From contig CAYPDP010000001.1 of assembly GCA_964409555.1 (NCBI GenBank), positions 3,978 to 67,977 on the forward strand: a stretch of DNA of 64,000 nt. The letters are read 5' to 3'. The notes below the pieces were generated by a model that was not told where the DNA came from, ran no database searches, and saw only the letters and a list, made by a program, of their open reading frames with translations. This stretch comes from Candidatus Woesearchaeota archaeon. Its GTDB lineage: Archaea > Nanobdellota > Nanobdellia > Pacearchaeales > GW2011-AR1. Positions 1-9,396 of this stretch are shown one piece after another (position 1 is the stretch's first letter; each line of letters begins with the position of its first letter). A program made the position numbers and the translations under genes.

Positions 1-79
1 CAATTCTATTTTGCATTTTTTCATCCAAAGATCCAAAATCTTTCTCAAATTGTTTTTTGCTAAATTTTATATTTGCCAT
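1..79 (-). CDS. pheT: Phenylalanyl-tRNA synthetase beta subunit, N-terminus (truncated by window edge)
   Basis: Manual translation MANIKFSKKQFEKDFGSLDEKMQNRI; starts immediately after the pheS stop, the usual pheS-pheT order. Confidence 0.7.
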   Translation of the reverse strand, partial: MANIKFSKKQFEKDFGSLDEKMQNRI

Positions 80-80
80 T

Positions 81-1607
81 TTATTTCATTAAAAATTTTA
101 TTTTTCTTAATTGTGTGAGATTATTTTTATTTAATTCTCTTATGTCTTTTATTTTAAAAATTGACATTAACATTCTACTAAATCCTGGACCCCATGCAAG
201 AACAGTTATAGGTTTTCCGAATAAAGGTTCTGTTACTTCTGGTCTGAAAATTCCTGCAGCAATTAATTCCACCCATTCTTTTTTTTCTTCATTCCAGACA
301 TCACCTTCTAAACTTGGTTCAGTGTATGGAAAATATGCTGGTCTAAATCTTATTTTTTCAAATCCCATTTTTTTTGCAAATTGTTTTAAGTATCCAATTA
401 GATGTTTGAAATTTGCATTTTCATCTATGACAATTCCTTCAGATTGTAAAAGTTCAAATCCATGATTCCAATCAACAGTTTCATTTCTAAAACTTGGACC
501 TATTGCGAAGAATTTTTCTTTTATTTTGCCAGAATTTTCTTGTTTAGAAATTTTTGCTAATTTTTGTGCAGATAAACAAGTAGTATGTGTTCTTAAGACT
601 AATTTTTTTGCTTCTTCTTCATTCCATAAATATCCCCATCCCTTACTTCCAGTTATTCCTTTTTCATGAGATTTTTTTATTGAGCTTATTAATTTATCAT
701 TAGGTAATTTTCCTTTTATATTTGAAATAAAAAATGTGTCATGCATTTCTCTAACTGGGTGATCTTGTGCTGTAAATAAAGCATCAAAATTCCAAAAACT
801 AGTTTGTATTAAATTTCCAGATATTTCTTTGAATCCCATTTCAGTCCATATTTTTCTAGCATAGTCTATTGATTGATTTACAAAATGCCTTTTTCCCCCA
901 TTAATTTTTGGAACATTTGAAAGAACATCATATCTTCTGAATTTTTTATTTTTCCATAGTTTTTCATTTTTCAACATTTCAGGAGTTATCTGTTCTATTA
1001 ATCCTTTTTCTTTTACACCTATTTCAACTATTTCTTTACCAAAATCAGTTAATTTAATTTTAATAATTTTTTTTTCTTTTAGCTGAATGATATCTTTTCT
1101 TTTTTGAAGAGATTTTAAGGAATAAATTTGTTCTGGAGATAAAGAATCATATTTTAAAGGGATATTTTCAAGAAATAATTCTTCTAAAGTTTTTTTATAG
1201 ATTTCTTTTTTATCAGCATTTAAGACTATTTTTCCATTTTTTAATTCAATCATTGCCTTTTTCTTTAAAACACCTATTGAGGCTTTGAATTCTTCATCAG
1301 AGATTTTTGAATTTTTTTGAGCATCTTTGAATTTAAGAATTCTTTTTTCATTTAATATGTTTAGAAGTCTTCTCTCAGGCAAACCAATTTTTTTATATAA
1401 TGCTCCATTTACTCCTATTTCAATTATTTTTTCTGTTTTATAAGATACTTCTATTATTTTTTTATTTTGAAGAAATTCAAAGGCTCTTAAAACTGAGATT
1501 TTATCAAGATTTGATTTTTTACATATATCTATAATATTTTCTTCTAAATAAGGAAGAATCTTTCTTTCATTAGGACTTAGGCTTTCAGATAATTTTATTA
1601 TATCCAT
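81..1607 (-). CDS. pheS: Phenylalanyl-tRNA synthetase alpha subunit (archaeal long form)
   Basis: FWNFDALF..QDHP.REMHDTF, LRTHTT, FRNE and RPAYFPYTEPS motifs; N-terminal wHTH extension. Confidence 0.97.
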   Translation of the reverse strand: MDIIKLSESLSPNERKILPYLEENIIDICKKSNLDKISVLRAFEFLQNKKIIEVSYKTEKIIEIGVNGALYKKIGLPERRLLNILNEKRILKFKDAQKNSKISDEEFKASIGVLKKKAMIELKNGKIVLNADKKEIYKKTLEELFLENIPLKYDSLSPEQIYSLKSLQKRKDIIQLKEKKIIKIKLTDFGKEIVEIGVKEKGLIEQITPEMLKNEKLWKNKKFRRYDVLSNVPKINGGKRHFVNQSIDYARKIWTEMGFKEISGNLIQTSFWNFDALFTAQDHPVREMHDTFFISNIKGKLPNDKLISSIKKSHEKGITGSKGWGYLWNEEEAKKLVLRTHTTCLSAQKLAKISKQENSGKIKEKFFAIGPSFRNETVDWNHGFELLQSEGIVIDENANFKHLIGYLKQFAKKMGFEKIRFRPAYFPYTEPSLEGDVWNEEKKEWVELIAAGIFRPEVTEPLFGKPITVLAWGPGFSRMLMSIFKIKDIRELNKNNLTQLRKIKFLMK

Positions 1608-1657
1608 TATTTAAATAAAAGAATTGTATTTATAAACTTTAAATTTTTAAATGAGTA

Positions 1658-2362
1658 TTAATCTTTAATTTTTGTTCCTTTGAATTTTTTATTATTTAGA
1701 AAATTATCAAGATTTTTTAGATTTTCACCAATTATATATGTTGGAATTTTATTTTTCATTATTATTTTTGCTGCTGTCTGATCTAAAACAAAATGTTGTC
1801 CTGGTTTGAATTTTATTTCATTAGCCATTTCATTAAAATTTTTCCAACTTATTTTAGGTATGAATTTTGCATTTTTGAATTTTTTAGGATTTTTGTCATA
1901 CAACCCATCTACATTTGTTAGATTTATGAATTCTGTGCTTAAGAAATTTGAAAGTTTTGCACTTGTTCCATCAGAAGTTTCTTTTTTTGCATATCTTAAA
2001 GCGCCACAAAATACAATATCATTAAATTTTAAGAGATTTTTAACTTCCACCATATTGTGGGGTATTTCTTTATTTGTTTTAATATCATTTTTTCCAATAA
2101 AATAAGTTAGAAATTTTGCATTTATTCTTGTTGAGGATATTCCTAAAAGTCCTTGAAAGATTTTCTTGTTAGAAATTTCTTCTTTTTCTAATCCTTGAAT
2201 ATATTTTCTTGCGGTGTTTCCTCCACCACAAACAACTACAAATTTATATTTTTTTGAATTTTTTAAAATAATTTTTTTGAATTTTTTAAGAAATTTTGTA
2301 TCTATTTCTTCAGGAATAATTAGACTTCCACCTAAACTTAAAACAATTACCTTTTTTTTCAT
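1658..2362 (-). CDS. pyrH: UMP kinase (archaeal type)
   Basis: VLSLGGS, VVCGGG.TAR.Y, TNVDGLYDKNP, PGQHFVLD motifs. Confidence 0.93.
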   Translation of the reverse strand: MKKKVIVLSLGGSLIIPEEIDTKFLKKFKKIILKNSKKYKFVVVCGGGNTARKYIQGLEKEEISNKKIFQGLLGISSTRINAKFLTYFIGKNDIKTNKEIPHNMVEVKNLLKFNDIVFCGALRYAKKETSDGTSAKLSNFLSTEFINLTNVDGLYDKNPKKFKNAKFIPKISWKNFNEMANEIKFKPGQHFVLDQTAAKIIMKNKIPTYIIGENLKNLDNFLNNKKFKGTKIKD

Positions 2363-2452
2363 TTAAATAAAAAAGAAAATTAGTTTTTATATCTTACTTT
2401 TATATGAGATTAATAATATAATTGTTTATAAATGATTTAATTAAATAGTATT

Positions 2453-3055
2453 ATGGGAAAATTATCTAATACATTATTATTTGGTTTATCAGCACTTGTA
2501 ATTGGATGTAATTCTGTAGATAGGCCTTTTAATTCTAGAGAAATATCTAATACTAATAATGTTGAATTTAGAGGAGTCTCTAATTATATTTCTTCTAAAA
2601 ATAATATTTTTTATGATGAAGGCAAGAAAGTAATTGATGAATTATTAAAAAAATGTAAAGATTGTGAAATAATTAATACATCTGAAAATTATTTTAATTT
2701 AAGTAAAAATAATGGCCCTACTAGTTATACATTTAAAATTACTGTTTCTAATAAAGAGGGTAAATCTTATGGGATTAATTTACCTTTAAAATCAGTCATA
2801 ATACAATCTTCTAAAGAATCAAATTCTGATAAATATAGAAGATTCATGTATGTTAATGAAATAAATAATAAACTTGATTTTACTTCTTTAAGAGGAAATA
2901 CTAAAACACTCAATCCTAATTGTATAGCAATTGTGAATAATAAACATACTTTATTTTATAGTTTTTCTTTAATGGATAGTGAGCTTTCAAAATTATGTAA
3001 TGGGGCGGTTAAAGATATTGATAAATTTAAAAAAGTAATTAATTATTCTGATTGA
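2453..3055 (+). CDS. Putative lipoprotein, unknown function
   Basis: N-terminal hydrophobic stretch ending LVIG-C (lipobox-like); TATA-like TTTATAAA about 27 nt upstream. Confidence 0.6.
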   Translation: MGKLSNTLLFGLSALVIGCNSVDRPFNSREISNTNNVEFRGVSNYISSKNNIFYDEGKKVIDELLKKCKDCEIINTSENYFNLSKNNGPTSYTFKITVSNKEGKSYGINLPLKSVIIQSSKESNSDKYRRFMYVNEINNKLDFTSLRGNTKTLNPNCIAIVNNKHTLFYSFSLMDSELSKLCNGAVKDIDKFKKVINYSD

Positions 3056-3057
3056 TT

Positions 3058-3339
3058 TTATTTTATTGTAAATAATTTATTATCTTTTACCTCAAATATA
3101 TCTAGTCTAACTCCAGAATCAATCCATCCATGAGCATAATTAATTGCTGCGAAAGCATTTACAAAATCCATTTTTTCTTCAAAATATTTTGCATCTGAAA
3201 GATAGTTGGAAGCCATTTCTATTATTTCTTTTGCTTTTTTTTCTTGATTTTTAATGATAGATTTTTTAACTATTTCTAATGCTTTTTTTGTTAGATTTTT
3301 ATATTTAGATAATTTTTCTTTGGTTATTTCATTTTGCAT
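3058..3339 (-). CDS. DUF357 family protein
   Basis: MA.NY.SDA.YF...D.VNAFAA.NYAHGW.D.G.RL pattern. Confidence 0.88.
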   Translation of the reverse strand: MQNEITKEKLSKYKNLTKKALEIVKKSIIKNQEKKAKEIIEMASNYLSDAKYFEEKMDFVNAFAAINYAHGWIDSGVRLDIFEVKDNKLFTIK

Positions 3340-3340
3340 T

Positions 3341-4120
3341 TTAAAATCCTCTATAATTCATTTTTCTTAATCTTGGAGATGGAATCATAAATAATTTTTT
3401 TATTATAAATTTTGATCCAACTACTTCTGAAATTATTGCAGAAAATACTAATCTCCCAACTGCTACTTTAAATACTCCTTCTTGAATTGGTATTTTTGTA
3501 GATTGAGAAAATTTTTCTATTATTCCATTTATTTCATTATTATCTAATATTATATTTGTTGGTTTTGTATCTGGAATTCTTACATTAATATTTTTTCCAG
3601 CACCATAACATTCAATATATCTTACTTTTGGATCTTTGATTAAAACATTTAATTTTCCTAAATCTATTTGTTTATCAGATGGAATTGGCATTATTTTTTG
3701 AAGTCTGGGTGGAAGCATTCTTGAATGAGTATTTAAAAGATTTCTAAAAGATAGAGTTTTGTTATAATTTTTATTATTAAATTTATTTTTGATAATATTT
3801 TTTTGAGGTATTTTTTTTATTTGAGGATTTATGAAAATTGGTTTAATATTTTTTATTTGAGGAAATTTATGATTTAGATTAGAATTATCTGTTATAATTG
3901 ATGGAATCATTTTTTCAGATTTTTTCTCTTCTTTAAATTTATTTTTTTCAATAATTTTTTGAGATTTATTCTTAATTTCTTCTTTCTTTTCATTTTTAAG
4001 TATTTGTTTTAACTCAAATATTTCTCTTGTTCCAGAATTCATAATTAATTCTTTTGTGAATTTCATTAGAAATAATTTTTTAAATTTTACAGAATTAAAT
4101 TTTGATGTTTCTTGTAACAT
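3341..4120 (-). CDS. Hypothetical protein with C-terminal domain resembling the N-domain of VirB11/TadA/FlaI secretion ATPases
   Basis: DLGKLNVLIKDPKVRYIECYG resembles GLG.L..L..DP.I.EI..NG; no Walker A; start moved to ATG 4120 to avoid overlap with the upstream gene. Confidence 0.55.
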   Translation of the reverse strand: MLQETSKFNSVKFKKLFLMKFTKELIMNSGTREIFELKQILKNEKKEEIKNKSQKIIEKNKFKEEKKSEKMIPSIITDNSNLNHKFPQIKNIKPIFINPQIKKIPQKNIIKNKFNNKNYNKTLSFRNLLNTHSRMLPPRLQKIMPIPSDKQIDLGKLNVLIKDPKVRYIECYGAGKNINVRIPDTKPTNIILDNNEINGIIEKFSQSTKIPIQEGVFKVAVGRLVFSAIISEVVGSKFIIKKLFMIPSPRLRKMNYRGF

Positions 4121-4121
4121 C

Positions 4122-4613
4122 TTATTTTTTTGGAAGAGGATTGAATTTTGGAGGTTCGGTATAAACTGATTTTTCATATTCTTTAAAATTTGTTTCTTTT
4201 CCGTTTTTCATAGGGTTTTGAAATTTTTGATTAATTGTGTTTTCATATTCTTTTGGTTTTTCATTTTCTAAAGGCTTTTCATGTAACAAAGTAAGTCCTT
4301 TTGCAATTATTTTATTTTGATCTAATATTGAATTAATTTTTTCTAAAATTTCTTTATTTTCCTCATTTTCTTTTCCAGTATCAATATCTTTTTCAGCAAA
4401 TGATTTTGCAGATATTTCAAATAATTCAAGTAGTTTTGATATGTTATTTGAGAGATTATCAAACTTGATAGATAAATGAGTCATTACTTTTTGAATTGAA
4501 ATAAAATTTTCAATTAATTTTTCTTCTATATTAATACTTTGTTGACTTTTAGATGTATTGCGAGATTTTTTTTTATTAGTTTTTCTCTTTTTTGAAATTG
4601 TCTTTTTATTCAT
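4122..4613 (-). CDS. Hypothetical coiled-coil protein with basic N-terminal tail
   Basis: Heptad-like LIENFISIQKVMTHLSIKFDNLSNNISKLLELF; co-oriented and abutting the next gene. Confidence 0.75.
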   Translation of the reverse strand: MNKKTISKKRKTNKKKSRNTSKSQQSINIEEKLIENFISIQKVMTHLSIKFDNLSNNISKLLELFEISAKSFAEKDIDTGKENEENKEILEKINSILDQNKIIAKGLTLLHEKPLENEKPKEYENTINQKFQNPMKNGKETNFKEYEKSVYTEPPKFNPLPKK

Positions 4614-4647
4614 AAAATTATTAAGAGAATCTTATTTATAAATTTAA

Positions 4648-7107
4648 TTAAAAGATACTCAGATTATTTTCATTTTCTTCTGAATTAATTGATTTATTTT
4701 CAGAATTATTTTCATCCTCTTTATTTTTTAAATCTAAATTTTCTATATTATTTTCATCTATTTCTTTTGAGATTTCTTCTTGAGAAGTATTTGAATTTTC
4801 TTTGTTTGATATATTATTTTCTTCAGTTTCTTCTTTGTTTTCAAGCTCATAAACATATTCTGCTATATCTGCTGCAACATCTGCATTCACACTAATACTA
4901 TCAATTCCTTTTTCAATTAGGAATTTAACCATTGGTTTTTTACTTCCAGCTTGACCGCAAATGCTTGTTTCCACATTGTATTTTTTACAGGTTCTTATAA
5001 CATATCCTATCTGGTAGAGGATTGCTGGATGCATTTCGTCATATAATTCTTGAACTTCTTCATTTCCTCTGTCAACTGCTAAAATATATTGGGTTAAGTC
5101 ATTTGTTCCAAAAGATATAAAATCAATTCCTTCTTCACATAAATCTCTAATTAATTGAACTGCTGCAGGGGTTTCAATCATTATTCCAATTTTAACATTT
5201 GTGAAATTAATTTCTTTAAGGAATTCCTTTACTTTTTTTAATTCCTCCACAGATATTATTTGAGGCATTAATACCCCAACTTTTTTATTATTCTCTGAGA
5301 TTCTTTTTAATGCTTTTAATTCTGCTTTTAAAATTTCTGGATTTTTAATACCATATCTAATTCCATGCATTCCTAACATAGGATTTGCCTCTTTTTCTTT
5401 TGGAGCACCCTCTAAATTCATATATTCATCACTTCTTATATCCGAAGTTCTAACCCATATTTTTTCAAAATGTTCTGTAATTTTATTTATTCCTTGAAAA
5501 ATTACTTCTTCATAATCTTGTATTTTATTTTGATTTAAGAAATATTCTGGATGTTTTCCTGATTCAGCAATTATTCCCTCTATCCTTGTTAATCCAATTT
5601 GTTTTAATTGTGTTTTTGAAGCTCTTTCTGCAAAACTAGGTAAGTCAACAATTACTTTTATTTTTGTTTTAGTTTTAACGATTGCTTCACGAATTTCTTT
5701 TTTTGTGGTTTCAAATACTTTTCCTTGATATATTTTTCCAGTATATCCATCGACAGTTATAATTTCTCCTTCTTTTAGTTTTGTTGTTGCTGTTTCAGTT
5801 CCGACAACTGAAGGAATTCCCATTTCTCTTGAGACAATTGCTGCATGAGCTGTTAAACCCCCCTCATCAGTTACTATTGCTGCTGATTTTTGTATTGTTA
5901 CAACCATGTCTGGATTTGTCATTTTTGTGACTAATATATCTCCTTGTCTTACTTTTTGCAAGTCTTTCATTTCTTCGATTATTCTTATTTTTCCTGAGGC
6001 AATTCCTGGGGAGGCAGCAAGACCCTCGAGAATTATAGTTCCTTTAATTTCTGTTTTTTCAATATTTTCTTTTTCAATTCTTTTTTTAATTGTTGTTATT
6101 GGTCTTGTTTGAACAATATAAATTTCTTCATCTTCAATTGCGAATTCTATATCTTGGGGTTTTTGATAATGGTCTTCAAGTTTTAAAGCAATTTCAGATA
6201 GAATTCTTATTTCATGCTCTTTTAAGACTTGTTTTTTAGAAATCTCCTCGGTTAATCTGATTATTTCACTATTTCCTCCAGAATCTCTTGTTATTGCTAT
6301 TTTTTTATCAGATATTTTTTTATTAAGTATTTCTAAATCTTTTGAAATGATATATGTGTCTGGAGTTATTTTTCCTGAGACAATTCCTTCCCCTAAACCG
6401 AAAACAGCTTCCATAATTATATTATCTTCTTTATAGGATGGATTTTTTGAGAATATAACTCCTGATTTTTTAGAGTCGACCATTCTTTGAATTACTGCTG
6501 CTAAACTTGCTTCATTAAATTTAAATCCACTTTTATTTCGATAATAAATTGCTCTTGAGGTAAAAAGAGATGCAAAACATTTTTTTATGTGTTTTATTAA
6601 TTCCCTATTTCCTTTAACATTTAAATAAGAATCTTGCTGTCCTGCAAAACTTGCCTCTGCTAAATCTTCTGTTGTAGCACTCGATCTAACAGCGACGAAA
6701 ATTGGTTCTGAAATTTTTTTTAATAAATCTTGAGCCATAACTTTATTTGAGTTACCTAGATTTTCATAACCTAAATTTTCATAAGATTCTAAAATTTCTT
6801 TTTCCATCTCAATTGGCATATTAGAATTAATAATCATCTCTCTTATTTTTATAGATATTTCATCAAGATTTTTTGTATTTTCATATTCTATATTTTCGAA
6901 GAGTTCTTTTATTTTATTTTCAATGCCTGATTTTTTTATAAAATAATCATAAGCTTGTGCTGTAACAACAAATCCTGGAGGAACTTGAACTCCTAAATTA
7001 TATATTTCTGCGAGATTTGCTCCTTTTCCACCAGCAATATTTCCAGAATTTTTATTTAATTCCGAAAACCATTTTATAAATTCAATTTTATTTTGTTTAT
7101 CACTCAT
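4648..7107 (-). CDS. ppsA: Phosphoenolpyruvate synthase (pyruvate, water dikinase)
   Basis: GGKGANL, AVRSSATTEDL..ASFAGQQ, TDEGG.TAHAAIVSRE phospho-His motif, SFGTNDLTQY, SICGQA; acidic low-complexity C-tail; probable ATG at 7107. Confidence 0.96.
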   Translation of the reverse strand: MSDKQNKIEFIKWFSELNKNSGNIAGGKGANLAEIYNLGVQVPPGFVVTAQAYDYFIKKSGIENKIKELFENIEYENTKNLDEISIKIREMIINSNMPIEMEKEILESYENLGYENLGNSNKVMAQDLLKKISEPIFVAVRSSATTEDLAEASFAGQQDSYLNVKGNRELIKHIKKCFASLFTSRAIYYRNKSGFKFNEASLAAVIQRMVDSKKSGVIFSKNPSYKEDNIIMEAVFGLGEGIVSGKITPDTYIISKDLEILNKKISDKKIAITRDSGGNSEIIRLTEEISKKQVLKEHEIRILSEIALKLEDHYQKPQDIEFAIEDEEIYIVQTRPITTIKKRIEKENIEKTEIKGTIILEGLAASPGIASGKIRIIEEMKDLQKVRQGDILVTKMTNPDMVVTIQKSAAIVTDEGGLTAHAAIVSREMGIPSVVGTETATTKLKEGEIITVDGYTGKIYQGKVFETTKKEIREAIVKTKTKIKVIVDLPSFAERASKTQLKQIGLTRIEGIIAESGKHPEYFLNQNKIQDYEEVIFQGINKITEHFEKIWVRTSDIRSDEYMNLEGAPKEKEANPMLGMHGIRYGIKNPEILKAELKALKRISENNKKVGVLMPQIISVEELKKVKEFLKEINFTNVKIGIMIETPAAVQLIRDLCEEGIDFISFGTNDLTQYILAVDRGNEEVQELYDEMHPAILYQIGYVIRTCKKYNVETSICGQAGSKKPMVKFLIEKGIDSISVNADVAADIAEYVYELENKEETEENNISNKENSNTSQEEISKEIDENNIENLDLKNKEDENNSENKSINSEENENNLSIF

Positions 7108-7230
7108 TTTTAAAATATTTTCTATATTTAACAATAAATGCTTAGTTATAAATATTTTCCTTATTTAAAATATTTTGTAATAATTAAAATTAACAACAAC
7201 CTTTTTAAACTAATTTTTATAGAATTTAAT

Positions 7231-7296
7231 ATGGAATATCATAATTCAATATTTTTGAGTTTTATTTTTTCTTTTGACTTGGAGGAAAGAAAATGA
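7231..7296 (+). other. Candidate leaderless upstream ORF (21 aa, MEYHNSIFLSFIFSFDLEERK) coupled to L41e
   Basis: TTTTTAAA box at 7202-7209; ATG at 7231; TGA overlaps the L41e ATG (ATGA). Confidence 0.4.
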
Positions 7297-7409
7297 AAAG
7301 ATCTTCAAGAAGATGGAAAAAAAAGCGTCAGATGAGATGGAAATGGCAACGTAAAAAGCTTAGAAAAGAAAAGCATAAGAGAAAAGCAAGAAGAGCAAGA
7401 AGTAAGTAG
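7293..7409 (+). CDS. rpl41e: Ribosomal protein L41e (eL41), 38 aa, not in ORF track
   Basis: MKRSSRRWKKKRQMRWKWQRKKLRKEKHKRKARRARSK with the MRWKW core; SD GGAGG at 7281-7285. Confidence 0.9.
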   Translation: MKRSSRRWKKKRQMRWKWQRKKLRKEKHKRKARRARSK

Positions 7410-7534
7410 AGTTCTAAATTATATATTTTGAAATAAATAATTTATAATATAATTTTTTATAAAAATATTTTAAATCTTTAATCTCTCTCTTTAACAATAA
7501 CAATATTTATAAGTTAATACAATTTTAAACTAAA

Positions 7535-8494
7535 ATGGTGAGTGGAATTTGGACAGAAAAGTATCGTCCAGTTAATTTTTCGGAGGTTGTTGGACAGAAA
7601 GACATTATTAAGAGAGTGGAATCTTTAGTAAATTCTTTGAATATTCCTCATTTACTTTTGGCTGGTCCAGCTGGAACTGGGAAGTCTACTTTGGCCTTGA
7701 TAATTGTTAAAACTCTGTATGGAGATAAGTGGAAAGATAATTATCTTGAATTAAATGCAAGTGACGAGAGAGGAATTCAGATTGTAAGAGATAAAGTTAA
7801 AAATTTTGCAAGAACAAAGTCTTTAGGAAATGTTCTTTTTAAGGTAATTTTTCTTGACGAAGCAGATGCTTTAACTCCTGAAGCTCAACAAGCTTTAAGA
7901 AGAACTATGGAGAATTATTCTTCTACTTGTAGATTTATTTTAAGTTGTAATTATTCAAGCAAAATTATAGACCCTATTCAATCAAGATGTGTTATTTCTC
8001 GATTTAAACTTTTAGAAAAAAAAGATATAGAAAAAGTAATTCAGAGAATTAGTCAAGCAGAAAATTTAACAATAAGTCCTGAATCGATGGAGACTATTTA
8101 TGAAGGTTCTGAAGGAGATTGTCGAAGATGTATTAATATTTTGCAATCAACAGCAGCTATTTCTCCTAATATAACTTTTGAATTAGTTTCAACAATTTTA
8201 TCTTCAACAAAACCGAAAGATATCAAAGTTGTTTTAGATTATGCTTTGTCAGGAGATTTTTTGAAATCAAGGGAGAAATTGCTTGATATTATGCTTAAAG
8301 AAAGTATTTCTGGACAAGATGTTGTGAAAGCAATTCAGAAAGAAATATGGAATCTTCCAGTTGAACCAGAAATTAAAGTTAAATTAACAGAAAAAACAGG
8401 TGAGACAGAATTTAGAATTGTTGAAGGTTCAGATCCTTTTATTCAATTACAGTCTCTTTTAGCTAGTTTTGTTCTTGCTGGATTGGGAAAATAA
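7535..8494 (+). CDS. rfcS: Replication factor C small subunit
   Basis: WTEKYRP, GPAGTGKS, ELNASDERGI, LDEADALT..AQQALRRTME, IQSRC. Confidence 0.97.
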   Translation: MVSGIWTEKYRPVNFSEVVGQKDIIKRVESLVNSLNIPHLLLAGPAGTGKSTLALIIVKTLYGDKWKDNYLELNASDERGIQIVRDKVKNFARTKSLGNVLFKVIFLDEADALTPEAQQALRRTMENYSSTCRFILSCNYSSKIIDPIQSRCVISRFKLLEKKDIEKVIQRISQAENLTISPESMETIYEGSEGDCRRCINILQSTAAISPNITFELVSTILSSTKPKDIKVVLDYALSGDFLKSREKLLDIMLKESISGQDVVKAIQKEIWNLPVEPEIKVKLTEKTGETEFRIVEGSDPFIQLQSLLASFVLAGLGK

Positions 8495-8554
8495 AAATTT
8501 ATTTTAAGAATAGAATCTCCAAAAAAATTAGAATAAATTTTGAAAATTATTAAA

Positions 8555-8974
8555 ATGAAAATTGTAATTTGTGGAAGTATGACTTTTGTAAAAGAAATGA
8601 TTGAAATAGAAAAAAAATTGATTGAATTAGGTCATGAAGTAATTCTTCCAAAATTTTCAGAGAATTATTCAAAATTAGAATCTGAGAATGAGATTCATAA
8701 TGAATCTGTAAAAAATAAAATAGATTATGATTTAATTCGAGATTATTTTGAAGAGATAAAAAAATCAGATGTTATATTAGTAATTAATAAAACTAGAAAA
8801 GATATAGATAATTATATTGGAGGAAATACTTTAATTGAAATGGCTTTTGCTCATGTTTTACATAAAAATGTGTATTTATTTAATCCAATTCCTAAAATGT
8901 CTTATACTGATGAAATAATTGCAATTCAACCAATAATATTAAATGGAGATTTATCAAAAATTAAAAATGATTGA
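8555..8974 (+). CDS. Nucleoside 2-deoxyribosyltransferase-like fold protein
   Basis: KIVICGSM.F, I..SD.ILV.N, YIGGNTLIEMAFA pattern; probable ATG at 8555. Confidence 0.6.
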   Translation: MKIVICGSMTFVKEMIEIEKKLIELGHEVILPKFSENYSKLESENEIHNESVKNKIDYDLIRDYFEEIKKSDVILVINKTRKDIDNYIGGNTLIEMAFAHVLHKNVYLFNPIPKMSYTDEIIAIQPIILNGDLSKIKND

Positions 8975-9389
8975 AAATAAAAGACCTTTAGTTGGAATCT
9001 CAGTTATAATTATTAATGATAGGAAAATTTTGCTTGGAAAAAGAAAAGGTTCGCATGGTAGTGGAACTTGGGCTTTTCCAGGAGGACATATTGAAATGTA
9101 TGAAACTTTTGAACAAACTGCTAAAAGAGAATTAAAGGAAGAAACTAATCTTGATGTGGAAATACTTGATAAAAATATTTTTGCTATAACAAATGATTTT
9201 TTTAAAAAAGAAGATAAACATTATGTTACATTATATTTAAGAGCAAGAACAGATAATCCTAATGCATTAAAATTAATGGAGCCTGAAAAGTGTGATGAAT
9301 GGAAATGGTTTGATTTAAATGATTTTCCAGAACCATTATTTATTTCTATTCAAAATTTAATTAAACAAGGATTTAATCTTTTTAAATAA
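8967..9389 (+). CDS. NUDIX hydrolase (NUDT15/MutT-like)
   Basis: LLGKRKGSHG.GTWAFPGGH.E..ETFEQTAKRELKEETNL Nudix box, TNDFF, HYVT, EPEKC..W.WF. Confidence 0.92.
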   Translation: MIENKRPLVGISVIIINDRKILLGKRKGSHGSGTWAFPGGHIEMYETFEQTAKRELKEETNLDVEILDKNIFAITNDFFKKEDKHYVTLYLRARTDNPNALKLMEPEKCDEWKWFDLNDFPEPLFISIQNLIKQGFNLFK

Positions 9390-9396
9390 ATATAAA

